64,000 bases of DNA from a virus. Below, in pieces: positions 1 to 8,532 of the stretch. A model generated the notes under the pieces. The model was not told where the DNA came from. It did not search any database and saw only the letters and a program-made list of their open reading frames with translations. The stretch lies in the IMG/VR virus record IMGVR_UViG_3300032223_003493, positions 1 through 64,000 of that record; one strand, 5' to 3'. How positions within the stretch are numbered: the stretch's first letter is position 1; each line of letters opens with the position of its first letter. The translations under genes and the position numbers were made by a program.

Positions 1-345
1 GACTTCTTGGCAGAAAACGTTAATGGCGTTACCAACCCAACTGCAGGTTCTTCAGGATATGAAGGTCCAAGAAGAGGCGTAGGTGTTTTCAATACCCCAG
101 GCGCACAATTCATCACCGATAGATTTTCAACTACTAACGCTTCCAACGCTGCTCAAACTGATGGTGGTTCTGCATGGACCCCAACACCAGGCGATCTTTT
201 AACAATCGCTGCTGCATCTGGAAATGCTGGTAAGTTAGTAAAGCTTTCAACTCCAGGCACTGACGGACTTGTCGTTGGTAGAGTTGACAACTATGATTCA
301 GCTGCTGGCTTGCTTTACTTCACCCAATTAGCTGGTGGTGCATAA
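1..345 (+). CDS. Probable capsid decoration/cement protein (5'-truncated by window edge)
   Basis: Frame is open from base 1 (DFLAENV...). Small Gly/Ala/Thr-rich beta-type protein directly upstream of the major capsid gene, with the same GC-richer codon style. Confidence 0.6.
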   Translation, partial: DFLAENVNGVTNPTAGSSGYEGPRRGVGVFNTPGAQFITDRFSTTNASNAAQTDGGSAWTPTPGDLLTIAAASGNAGKLVKLSTPGTDGLVVGRVDNYDSAAGLLYFTQLAGGA

Positions 346-363
346 TCTGTAGCTTAGGAAATT

Positions 364-370
364 AAGGAGA
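364..370 (+). promoter_or_regulatory. Shine-Dalgarno site of major capsid gene
   Basis: AAGGAGA 9 nt before ATG at 380. Confidence 0.8.
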
Positions 371-379
371 ATTATTCAA

Positions 380-1234
380 ATGTCAATGATTAAGAGAAAC
401 ACAAATGAGCAAAGAGAATCCATTATTGCAATGGCTCTCGAGACTCCAGAGGGACGCACAGCTCTTGCACAAGCAATGGTTGAGCCAATCAAGACTTCCC
501 TCATGTACCAAGCCATCGGTCGCAAGCTTTTGATGGTTGATGAGCTCCCACAAGGTGCTCTTGCTCGCTACGAGAGAGACGTTGCTGTCAAGTCATACGT
601 CATTCCTAAGCGTGGTGCTGTTCCAACAGCTGAGGTTGAGGCTGAAGAGCTTCTCGTTCCTACAGTTGAATTAGCTGCACACCCACAAATCCGCTTGAAC
701 GAAATTCGCCAAAGAAGATTCTACATTGTCGATAGAGCTCAAGTCCGTGCTAAGGACTCCCTCCAAAGACAAGAAGATACTGAAGTCTTCAAGGTTATCA
801 ACGCTGGTGTTCCAACTGACCAAGCAATTTCTGTTTCCGGTACTCTCCAACCAGAGAACGTCAACCTTGCGTTGACCCTCATTGAAGAGCACGAGTTGAT
901 CGGTGCTAAGGTTGTTCTTCACCCACAACGCTACAAGGATATCAGAAACTGGGGTAAGGAGTTCTTCGATGAGGCAACTCAAAGAGACATCCTTATGACT
1001 GGTCTCTACGGACACATTTATTCCGCTGACATCCACGTTTCCACAATGGTTCCTAAGAACAGCGTTTACGTTCTTGCACCTGCCCAATTCGTTGGTGCAA
1101 TGCCAGTTCGCCAAGACATCACTGTCCTCCCAGCAGACGATCCAAAGAGACTTAGACTCGGATGGGTTGTTTACGAAGAGCTCGGTTTTGCTCTTATCAA
1201 TGACTATGCAGTTTCAAGAATTACCGTAAGCTAA
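380..1234 (+). CDS. Major capsid protein (HK97 fold)
   Basis: 284 aa. GRKLLMVDELPQGALARYERD N-terminal region and C-terminal LGWVVYEELGFALIN resemble large-phage MCPs. Strong SD, high-expression codon style, terminator downstream, neck/tail genes nearby. Confidence 0.85.
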   Translation: MSMIKRNTNEQRESIIAMALETPEGRTALAQAMVEPIKTSLMYQAIGRKLLMVDELPQGALARYERDVAVKSYVIPKRGAVPTAEVEAEELLVPTVELAAHPQIRLNEIRQRRFYIVDRAQVRAKDSLQRQEDTEVFKVINAGVPTDQAISVSGTLQPENVNLALTLIEEHELIGAKVVLHPQRYKDIRNWGKEFFDEATQRDILMTGLYGHIYSADIHVSTMVPKNSVYVLAPAQFVGAMPVRQDITVLPADDPKRLRLGWVVYEELGFALINDYAVSRITVS

Positions 1235-1249
1235 TTCTAAACTAGTCAT

Positions 1250-1284
1250 AAAAAAAGGAGAGTTGTTTTCAACTCTCCTTTTTT
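1250..1284. terminator. Bidirectional rho-independent terminator
   Basis: AAAAAAGGAGAGTTG-TTTT-CAACTCTCCTTTTTT perfect hairpin with A-tract and T-tract, between convergent genes. Confidence 0.92.
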
Positions 1285-1293
1285 GTTTAAAGT

Positions 1294-2163
1294 TTATTTT
1301 ATATATGCATGAAGTAAATGTCTATTTGTAGGATTATCTTCAATTATATCAAAAAACATATTTTCTTCTTGAACAAATTTTTCAGAATAATCTCTGTAAA
1401 AATTATTACTTTTATGCAAACAATATCTAGTCCAAAATAATAATCTATCCCCTTTGTTCAAAGGGTTTCCATGATGGAGTCCAAATGTATCTGCAAAAAT
1501 TGCAGTTCCAGCTTTTCCAGTAATAACTTTTTTATCACTCATATCATCTGAACCATTATGCGTATTAGCATAATAGATATGAGGACCATTATCTTCATCC
1601 ACATCAGATAAATAAATAAAAAATGCTAAGAACTTAAAATCATCATAGTCTCGGTGAAGATTTTGGGTATGAAATGTTTCACCTGTATATTTGCTCCACC
1701 ATGAACTTACTGAAGTTATTGTTGGAAGACAACCCAAATATTCTTGTATTGTGGCAATTACATCAGGTCTAGTTATTAAGTTTAATATTTGCGCATTGTG
1801 CATAAGATGATTAGTCTTGTAAGCACATGAATTCCAATTTAAATTAGCATCATACTTTTGAGGAATTTTGTTAAAAGCCCTGTTTGGAATGTGAAAATTA
1901 TATCCTTTTATGTCATTTAAGTAATTTTTAATTTTTACAACTTCGTCTTCAGATAGAAAATTTTCTACTACAGAATAACCATTTTCTCTAAGATCGTTTA
2001 CAATTTTATTATTAGGTTGCACATTGATTTTTGGTACGTGATCATTTACAACTTCACAGATTTCGCTTTGGTATTTTTCTCTTAAATCTACTTGTTTGTA
2101 AAGAGAAATATCTTCTCCTGGCGGCATATTGATTTTAGTTCTAATTAAATTTTCTATGTCCAT
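1294..2163 (-). CDS. 2OG-Fe(II) dioxygenase, phytanoyl-CoA dioxygenase (PhyH)-like
   Basis: HxD (LHRDYDD), NGPHIYY, distal His (GLHHG) and Arg (GDRLLF). Confidence 0.8.
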   Translation of the reverse strand: MDIENLIRTKINMPPGEDISLYKQVDLREKYQSEICEVVNDHVPKINVQPNNKIVNDLRENGYSVVENFLSEDEVVKIKNYLNDIKGYNFHIPNRAFNKIPQKYDANLNWNSCAYKTNHLMHNAQILNLITRPDVIATIQEYLGCLPTITSVSSWWSKYTGETFHTQNLHRDYDDFKFLAFFIYLSDVDEDNGPHIYYANTHNGSDDMSDKKVITGKAGTAIFADTFGLHHGNPLNKGDRLLFWTRYCLHKSNNFYRDYSEKFVQEENMFFDIIEDNPTNRHLLHAYIK

Positions 2164-2231
2164 ATAAATTCCTTTAAATTCATTTTACCAATTATTCAAT
2201 CTTATCATTACATGTATCGTTTATTTCAGAG

Positions 2232-2237
2232 TATAAT
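2232..2237 (+). promoter_or_regulatory. -10 box, probable leaderless promoter
   Basis: TATAAT 6 nt before ATG 2244, no SD. Confidence 0.5.
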
Positions 2238-2243
2238 TTGTTT

Positions 2244-3560
2244 ATGACTAAAGAAGAATTGCTTAAATTGGTTGAAGATTATGTGAAGAATGAGCCAACC
2301 AAAAAATGGCGTCCTGGCAAAGATCACGTTCATTATGCTGGTCCTTATTTTGACCATAGTGAAATTGTAAGATCGGTCTCTACATTATTAGATGGTTGGC
2401 TTGTATTGGGTGCCGAAGCATATAAAGCAGAGAAAAAATTAGCTTCATTATTTGGCAAAAATCACGCTTTATTGACTAATTCAGGCAGCAGTAGTAATCT
2501 TCTTATGATGTCTGCACTTAAGTCAAAAAGATACTTGAATTTACCTGAAGGAACCAAAGTATTGACTCCGATTGCTGGTTTTCCTACCACCATCAATCCT
2601 ATTTTCCAATGTGGATTTAAGCCCGTATTTGTAGATATTTCTTTGGATGGATTGAACCTAAATCTCGATGATGTTGAAGCAACATTGCAAGCAGACCCAG
2701 AAATAAAAATAATAACATTTGCTCACGTATTAGGAAATCCTCCTGATATGTACAGATTATTAGATATTATCGATCATTATGGATTGATATTACTGGAGGA
2801 TTGTTGTGATGCTTTGGGATCAATATACGACGGTAATCCTTTGGGCAGTTTTGGCACTATGGCTTCTTGCTCTTTCTACCCTGCTCATCATATTACTTGT
2901 GGAGAAGGCGGATTAGTTGTTTGCAATGATGAAAATTTAGAAAAAGTAATTCGTTCTATTCGTGATTGGGGTCGTGGTTGTTTCTGCATAGGTAAGCAAA
3001 ACATCACTGAATGTGGAGCTTGTAATCAAAGATTTTCAGAATGGCTACCAAGTATGCCAGGAGAAGTTTTTGATCATAAGTATGTTTATGAAGAAATTGG
3101 CTATAATCTCAAACCAATTGAAGTTCAAGCGAGTATGTTGTTAGCTCAAATTGAAAAACTTGGTGAAATTAAAAAATTACGTCAAAGAAATCATAAATTA
3201 CTTTTTGATATCTTCAGCAAATATGAAGAATATTTTGTTCTTCCTGTGGCTCAAAAGAATGCAGATGTGAATTGGTTTGCTTTTCCAATAACAGTTAAAG
3301 ACAATGCGCCATTTAAGAGAAGTGATATATGTCAGTATTTAGAATCAAAGAAAATTCAAACTAGACCATATTTTGCTGGAAATATTTTGATGCAACCAGC
3401 GTATAGTCATTTGGTTGGCGATATGGATCTGAACGATTTTCCAGTAGCCAAAAAAGTTACCACTGATACTTTCTTTTTAGGAACATCACCAGTTATAAAA
3501 GAAGAACAAATAGATTATATCGGTGAAGTTATTGATTCATTTTTTGTATCTATAGGGTAA
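2244..3560 (+). CDS. rfbH: CDP-4-keto-6-deoxyglucose 3-dehydratase (E1, RfbH/DdhC)
   Basis: NSGSSSNLL, EDCCDALG, SFYPAHHITCGEGG (His at the PLP-Lys position), RDWGRGCFC...C Fe-S motif, DHKYVYEEIGYNLKP. ATG 2244 preferred over TTG 2238. Confidence 0.92.
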   Translation: MTKEELLKLVEDYVKNEPTKKWRPGKDHVHYAGPYFDHSEIVRSVSTLLDGWLVLGAEAYKAEKKLASLFGKNHALLTNSGSSSNLLMMSALKSKRYLNLPEGTKVLTPIAGFPTTINPIFQCGFKPVFVDISLDGLNLNLDDVEATLQADPEIKIITFAHVLGNPPDMYRLLDIIDHYGLILLEDCCDALGSIYDGNPLGSFGTMASCSFYPAHHITCGEGGLVVCNDENLEKVIRSIRDWGRGCFCIGKQNITECGACNQRFSEWLPSMPGEVFDHKYVYEEIGYNLKPIEVQASMLLAQIEKLGEIKKLRQRNHKLLFDIFSKYEEYFVLPVAQKNADVNWFAFPITVKDNAPFKRSDICQYLESKKIQTRPYFAGNILMQPAYSHLVGDMDLNDFPVAKKVTTDTFFLGTSPVIKEEQIDYIGEVIDSFFVSIG

Positions 3561-3564
3561 TTTT

Positions 3565-3927
3565 ATGATTTTATCAAAACCAACTATTTTTTGCGACATT
3601 GATGGTACTTTAGTTAAACACTGTCCATTATCTGAAAGTATAAAGCCAGATCACAAACTCGAACTTTTGCCTGGAACCATTGAAAAAATAAATGAATGGG
3701 AAAGTAAAGGATATAGAATTATTCTTACAACTGGCAGAAAAGAATGTTCAAGAAAAATATTAGAGAAGCAACTTTTTGAAGTTGGAATTTTTTATGATCA
3801 GCTTGTAATGAATATTGGCGGTGGTGCAAGATATCTAATCAATGATGATAAACCAGATGGTGAAAATGCATCCTTCGCAATTTGTATAAAAAGAAATGAA
3901 GGAATTTCTGGGGTTGAAATATCATGA
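3565..3927 (+). CDS. Small HAD-family phosphatase (capsule-biosynthesis type)
   Basis: DIDGTL motif I, TTGR motif II, INDDKP. Confidence 0.8.
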   Translation: MILSKPTIFCDIDGTLVKHCPLSESIKPDHKLELLPGTIEKINEWESKGYRIILTTGRKECSRKILEKQLFEVGIFYDQLVMNIGGGARYLINDDKPDGENASFAICIKRNEGISGVEIS

Positions 3928-5036
3928 TTTTATATATAAATGTTTTCATTACACAAGAAAAAATTGTCAATCAAGGTAATGTGGTCAGAGAAAATGCTAA
4001 ATATTCCAACAATTTAGACATTTATAAATATATGTTAGCAAGTTTATCGAATTTCTTTCCTTGGAAAAGAGTTATTATAAACACTAAACTTGATGATTAT
4101 TATGAATCACGTCGTGAAGAACTAAATAATTTTATCAATCAAGAATTTTCTCAATATGATTTGATTGTAAGAAATACAAGAAACGAATATCAAAATGATT
4201 GGCAGAATGATTATGATTTGATAAATGACAATTTACTTCTTTTTTTATGCAATCATGATCATATTTTTACAGATCCAGATCCAAGTTATTTTGCAAGTTT
4301 AGTAGACAAATTCAAAGACAGTGATGATTATATAGGCATTCAATTTACTGCTTATCCAGAATTAGGTATGTTTCCTTGGTGTCCAATTCCCTGGAATTCT
4401 TTAGAAAATATGAATTTTGAATTAGAAGAAGATTATATGTCTTTTAAATATCCATGTATTCATTCAGCTCAAGTAATTACTAAAAAGGTTTATCATCATT
4501 GGTGGTTTGATTATCAACTTCCAAACACTATTTTTGGAAGACCAGATTGGTTCACTGACCATATTACAGCTTACCATAAATATGAAGATTTAAAATTTAT
4601 AGTGCCATTCAGAGAGACAACTAGACACTTTGACGGATATCAACATTGCACTATCACTTTTGGAAACCAAGTTTGTCCAGTATTAGAAATACCTGATGGT
4701 TTTTTTGAAAATGATATCAAGATAAATTATTCAACTAACTACATAAATGGTAAAACAAATATCAATCCCATCACGAACAAGCTCAAGATTTACGCTGAAG
4801 ACGGCTTTGAACTTAACATGTCAAAAAAATACATCCCGCATTTTTGGAAAAATAAAATAAGTGAGTTTAAAGATGATTTTTCGCTAATTGGGGATGTATG
4901 GACAGAGAATGAATTGGATGAACTTTACATAAAAAGAATTACAGGCTTTTGGAATCACGTACCTAATAATGATTGCCATTTAGCACAAGAAATCAAAAAA
5001 AGGATTAGTAGCTGGTACAAAAAAGTCAAAACTTGA
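3924..5036 (+). CDS. Hypothetical protein, possible GT-A glycosyltransferase
   Basis: 370-aa ORF coupled by ATGA overlap. Hydrophobic strand followed by NHDHIFTD, in a glycan cluster. Confidence 0.4.
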   Translation: MILYINVFITQEKIVNQGNVVRENAKYSNNLDIYKYMLASLSNFFPWKRVIINTKLDDYYESRREELNNFINQEFSQYDLIVRNTRNEYQNDWQNDYDLINDNLLLFLCNHDHIFTDPDPSYFASLVDKFKDSDDYIGIQFTAYPELGMFPWCPIPWNSLENMNFELEEDYMSFKYPCIHSAQVITKKVYHHWWFDYQLPNTIFGRPDWFTDHITAYHKYEDLKFIVPFRETTRHFDGYQHCTITFGNQVCPVLEIPDGFFENDIKINYSTNYINGKTNINPITNKLKIYAEDGFELNMSKKYIPHFWKNKISEFKDDFSLIGDVWTENELDELYIKRITGFWNHVPNNDCHLAQEIKKRISSWYKKVKT

Positions 5037-5316
5037 TCTTTCCCCTTAAAATATCCCATAACATCATCCAGTCACTGATTTTTGCTTTGACTGGATCCTT
5101 GAAAGCAGCTGGTTGATTTTTCTCAAAAAAGAAATGTCCTGACCATGCAAAAGGATACACGATGAAAGGTGTTAAGAGCAATAAGAAATACATCTGATAA
5201 TAAAAGCAACCAATGACCCATAAAATTGTCATAAATTGTCCTAGAACGTGTAATCTTCTGCAAATTTTATTTTGATGCAACGTTAAATACATTGCGTAAT
5301 ATTCTTTCAAATTCAT
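5026..5316 (-). CDS. DUF962 / Mpo1-like small membrane protein
   Basis: YLTLHQNKICRRLHVLG and AWSGHFFFEKNQPAAF signatures with hydrophobic segments. Start could be 5325 or 5316. Confidence 0.85.
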   Translation of the reverse strand: MNLKEYYAMYLTLHQNKICRRLHVLGQFMTILWVIGCFYYQMYFLLLLTPFIVYPFAWSGHFFFEKNQPAAFKDPVKAKISDWMMLWDILRGKIKF

Positions 5317-6080
5317 ATAGTACATACTCCCTTTTTTTGAACAACTATAGTTGCACAGTGTTGAGCAAATTTAATTGCGTCGATAATATTATTTGTGCGA
5401 ACATATTCACAAACTAATCCAGAGATAAAAGTGTCTCCCGCTCCTGAGACATCTTTGATATTAACTCTGTCTACTGGATATATTTTACCTTGATATTCAC
5501 AACCATCATTCGAACGTGTAATAATAAGTTGATCTTTGATATTTAATTGATCAATTGTGTGTTCAGTGCGATCATATTCAACATGATTAATTTTTATAAA
5601 AGAAACATGTTTACACCAATCACCTAAAATTTTCTTCGTGTCTAAAAAAATATTAGAATTATTTTTAGATATTTCACAAATATCTTCTTCACTTAAAAAA
5701 CCTTTACAATAATCGCTAATAATAATAGCATCATAAAACACTTCTAAATAAAAATTATTTTTAATTGATTGAATTATATCTTTACTTATTCTGTTAGCTT
5801 TGTCATTTGTATCTACTCTAAGTAAAAGACTATTAGTTCTGGAATCAACATATCTAGTTTTGACAATTTTTTCTTCTTGAGTAATCAAGGTCGAATTAGC
5901 ACCAATAGCATCAATATTATGCTTTACATTAAGAGCCATACCACCATTCTTTTGTTCGTGATGGGGGTTAAAAACTGGCACTGGGCCCTCAGGTGCTAGA
6001 CGAAATACATTTCCGTATAGAAAAACATCAGAGCAAGAATCGCCAATTACTAATATTTTTATGTCTTTATAATCATTCAT
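5313..6080 (-). CDS. rfaE: PfkB-family kinase, heptose-7-phosphate kinase (RfaE/HldE kinase domain) type
   Basis: LVIGD, RLAPEGPVPV, GGMALNV, ISDYCKG, DVSGAGDTF. Confidence 0.85.
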   Translation of the reverse strand: MNDYKDIKILVIGDSCSDVFLYGNVFRLAPEGPVPVFNPHHEQKNGGMALNVKHNIDAIGANSTLITQEEKIVKTRYVDSRTNSLLLRVDTNDKANRISKDIIQSIKNNFYLEVFYDAIIISDYCKGFLSEEDICEISKNNSNIFLDTKKILGDWCKHVSFIKINHVEYDRTEHTIDQLNIKDQLIITRSNDGCEYQGKIYPVDRVNIKDVSGAGDTFISGLVCEYVRTNNIIDAIKFAQHCATIVVQKKGVCTI

Positions 6081-6087
6081 AATATAA

Positions 6088-6597
6088 TTATCTTAAGAAT
6101 TGTGAATTTATATCTCTTTCTGACAAAATAGGATCATCAATACCCCAATCAATGTTTATTGTAGGATCTTTCCAATTTACTGAAAATTGTTGATCAACAT
6201 CAGGATAAGAGCCTTCATAACTCCATTTGTAATAAAACACTGCACTTTCACTTAAAACCAAATGTCCCGTTAAAAAATTAGGAGGTACTATCAAACTTTG
6301 CTTTATTGGACTACTACTATCAAGAGTGAAAATTTGCCACTTCAAATATTGATCAGAATCTTTTCTAAAATCTACAACAGCAAATTTGATTAAACCATGT
6401 ACACAAGAAATATATTTATGAGATTTGCTATCACCATGAAGGCCTCTCAAAACATTTTTCTTAGATACAGCAACCTTATCATGATTGAAGAACAAATCTA
6501 AAGGAAAATTATTTGAATTATAATTTGTCCAAAGATCTCCCCTCAAGTCAGAAAAGCAATCATTTTCAAACACTAAAACATCACGCAAATTATCCAT
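6088..6597 (-). CDS. rfbC: dTDP-4-dehydrorhamnose 3,5-epimerase family
   Basis: DLRG, VLRGLH, VVDFR, WKDPTINIDW, ILSERD. Confidence 0.88.
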   Translation of the reverse strand: MDNLRDVLVFENDCFSDLRGDLWTNYNSNNFPLDLFFNHDKVAVSKKNVLRGLHGDSKSHKYISCVHGLIKFAVVDFRKDSDQYLKWQIFTLDSSSPIKQSLIVPPNFLTGHLVLSESAVFYYKWSYEGSYPDVDQQFSVNWKDPTINIDWGIDDPILSERDINSQFLR

Positions 6598-7759
6598 TTA
6601 AGACCTCAAGAAGTTTAATAATTTTTTCTTTTTGTAAGCCTGGATAATTTCCAATATACCAGGAAAAATTATGTATATGTTCTATATTTGGAAAATCATC
6701 AAATTCATTGTAAATTGATTTAAAGAAGGGCTGTCTCATTTGATTGCCACCACCTGACAAGCCTCTTCTAAATTCAATGCCGTTTTCTTTGAGTTTATCT
6801 TCAAGAGCATTTCTCATTTCAAAGTCAGCGTCTTTCAAAATCACAATAAAAGCATAATTACAATTTCCATCTGTGTCCAAGGAAATATGATACTTTTCTG
6901 GATTTAAATTTGATATGAATAAATCAAAGTTGTCTCTTCTTTCTTGATTTTTTTCATCAAGTTTTTTAAGTTGAGAAAGTCCAATTACTGCATTTATTTC
7001 AGTGCTTCTAAAATTATGCGAAGGTCTTAAAAAAATAAAGTCTGGATTAAGATCAGGATTTTGATCAATAATTTGCTGCCTCATAGTAACATCTGATATT
7101 TCTCTTGTCATACCATGTGATCGCAAGGCTCTACAAATTTGATAAAACTTAGAATTATTGGTACAAATCATTCCACCTTCTATAGTGGACATATGATGAG
7201 CAAAGTAAAAACTGAAATTACTTGCAAAACCAAAATTTCCAACTTTGCTTCCCTGAAAAGTTGTGCCATGTGATTCGCAAACATCTTCAATTAACAAAAT
7301 ATCATTGTCTTCACATATTTTTAATAACTCATCACTTAGTCCATTGATTCCTAAAACGTGAGTAAGAAAAATAGCTTTTGTGTCAGGCGTGATTGCAGAT
7401 TTTAATTTTTCTAAATCAAAAGAAAGATTTGTTAAATTGACATCAACAAATACCAATTTATGTCCAGCAAATAAAACTGAAGAAATATCAGATATCCAAG
7501 TTAAAGGAGGAACAATAATTTCTCCCTCTCCCACCATTTGCGCAAGAGCAAGCATTGTTAATTCATTTGCTGAAGCTCCTGAATTTACAAATAGATTGTA
7601 TTTAGTACCGAGCCAATCTCCCCAAGCTTTTTCAAATTCCAAAACTTTTGGTCCATTTGTAAGCTTAGGTATGCTATCTTGAGACAAAAAATCAATTACA
7701 GAATTAACATCTTCTTTATCAATATTGTCATTCATTAAGGGAAGAAAAAAATTATTCAT
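6590..7759 (-). CDS. DegT/DnrJ-family PLP enzyme, ColD-like GDP-4-keto-6-deoxymannose 3-dehydratase type
   Basis: VNSGASAN, EDVCESHG, FYFAHHMSTIEGG (His for Lys), RSHGMTR, no Fe-S cysteine motif. Start 7759 inferred. Confidence 0.8.
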   Translation of the reverse strand: MNNFFLPLMNDNIDKEDVNSVIDFLSQDSIPKLTNGPKVLEFEKAWGDWLGTKYNLFVNSGASANELTMLALAQMVGEGEIIVPPLTWISDISSVLFAGHKLVFVDVNLTNLSFDLEKLKSAITPDTKAIFLTHVLGINGLSDELLKICEDNDILLIEDVCESHGTTFQGSKVGNFGFASNFSFYFAHHMSTIEGGMICTNNSKFYQICRALRSHGMTREISDVTMRQQIIDQNPDLNPDFIFLRPSHNFRSTEINAVIGLSQLKKLDEKNQERRDNFDLFISNLNPEKYHISLDTDGNCNYAFIVILKDADFEMRNALEDKLKENGIEFRRGLSGGGNQMRQPFFKSIYNEFDDFPNIEHIHNFSWYIGNYPGLQKEKIIKLLEVLNG

Positions 7760-7766
7760 ATGAAAC

Positions 7767-8531
7767 TTATACAATCCAATCTTTAAACTTATCTAATTCT
7801 TCTGAAGGCAGATATCTTCTATATCTTTCTATAGCAAGCTCATAATGGGACTTAAAAATTGCTTGATAAGGAAAACCATTATAACAAGCCCTACATAATC
7901 CTTTATATATTGCCGCATCACTATCTGTTGATCCACGGAAGGTTTCATTGGAGATATTTTTCATAAAGGAATGATTCAATCCACCAGCTGGGATATTGTT
8001 GTAATAATTCCAGACACCAATCCAATTATCAACATAATGATGCTTGAATCCCAAATTCCACAAAAAACCACCATAATGTTCGTTTATGAGATCTTTTTTG
8101 ATTAGAGGATGTCCTAATTTTAAGCATGATTTGAAAACTTTTGTAGAGGTTTCTGCATCAAGTACATCTGAACTGTCTACAAAATGAGGCATATAATCTC
8201 TAGTAACCGTCCAAGCTTTATGCCCATTTCCAAGTTTGTAATGCTCCAAAATCTCATTGAAAGTTTTATTGAAATCTCCAACCATAACTTCGTCGTCTAC
8301 AAGAGCTAAAATGTATTCACCTTGGGCATAATATGATGTAACATTATATCCAATGACCCCTCCATAGGAGGGGACTTGTTCTTTTATCCATTTAAACTCT
8401 GGACCAGGATCTTCAGGACCAAAAACTATAAACTCAAAATCACCAGAATAACAATTCTTGATAGATTCATAAATTTTTTTAGTTTTGTCTAAGTTTCTAT
8501 TTGTGCTTATAGTCACAGAAAGACTTGACAT
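7767..8531 (-). CDS. Putative GT2-like glycosyltransferase
   Basis: GEYILALVDDE acidic motif after a beta strand, HHYVDNW, cluster context. Confidence 0.5.
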   Translation of the reverse strand: MSSLSVTISTNRNLDKTKKIYESIKNCYSGDFEFIVFGPEDPGPEFKWIKEQVPSYGGVIGYNVTSYYAQGEYILALVDDEVMVGDFNKTFNEILEHYKLGNGHKAWTVTRDYMPHFVDSSDVLDAETSTKVFKSCLKLGHPLIKKDLINEHYGGFLWNLGFKHHYVDNWIGVWNYYNNIPAGGLNHSFMKNISNETFRGSTDSDAAIYKGLCRACYNGFPYQAIFKSHYELAIERYRRYLPSEELDKFKDWIV

Positions 8532-8532
8532 A

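Noticed and set aside
671-1114. 147-aa antisense ORF and the other short nested ORFs in the track (e.g. 7380-7682, 21164-21469, 46665-46970, 55435-55695)
   Set aside because: They lie inside longer genes with clear motifs and show no recognisable domains; treated as shadow ORFs.
380-1234. Encapsulin shell with enzyme cargo
   Set aside because: Size fits, but the upstream decoration-like gene and the connector, tube and hub genes make a phage capsid far more likely.
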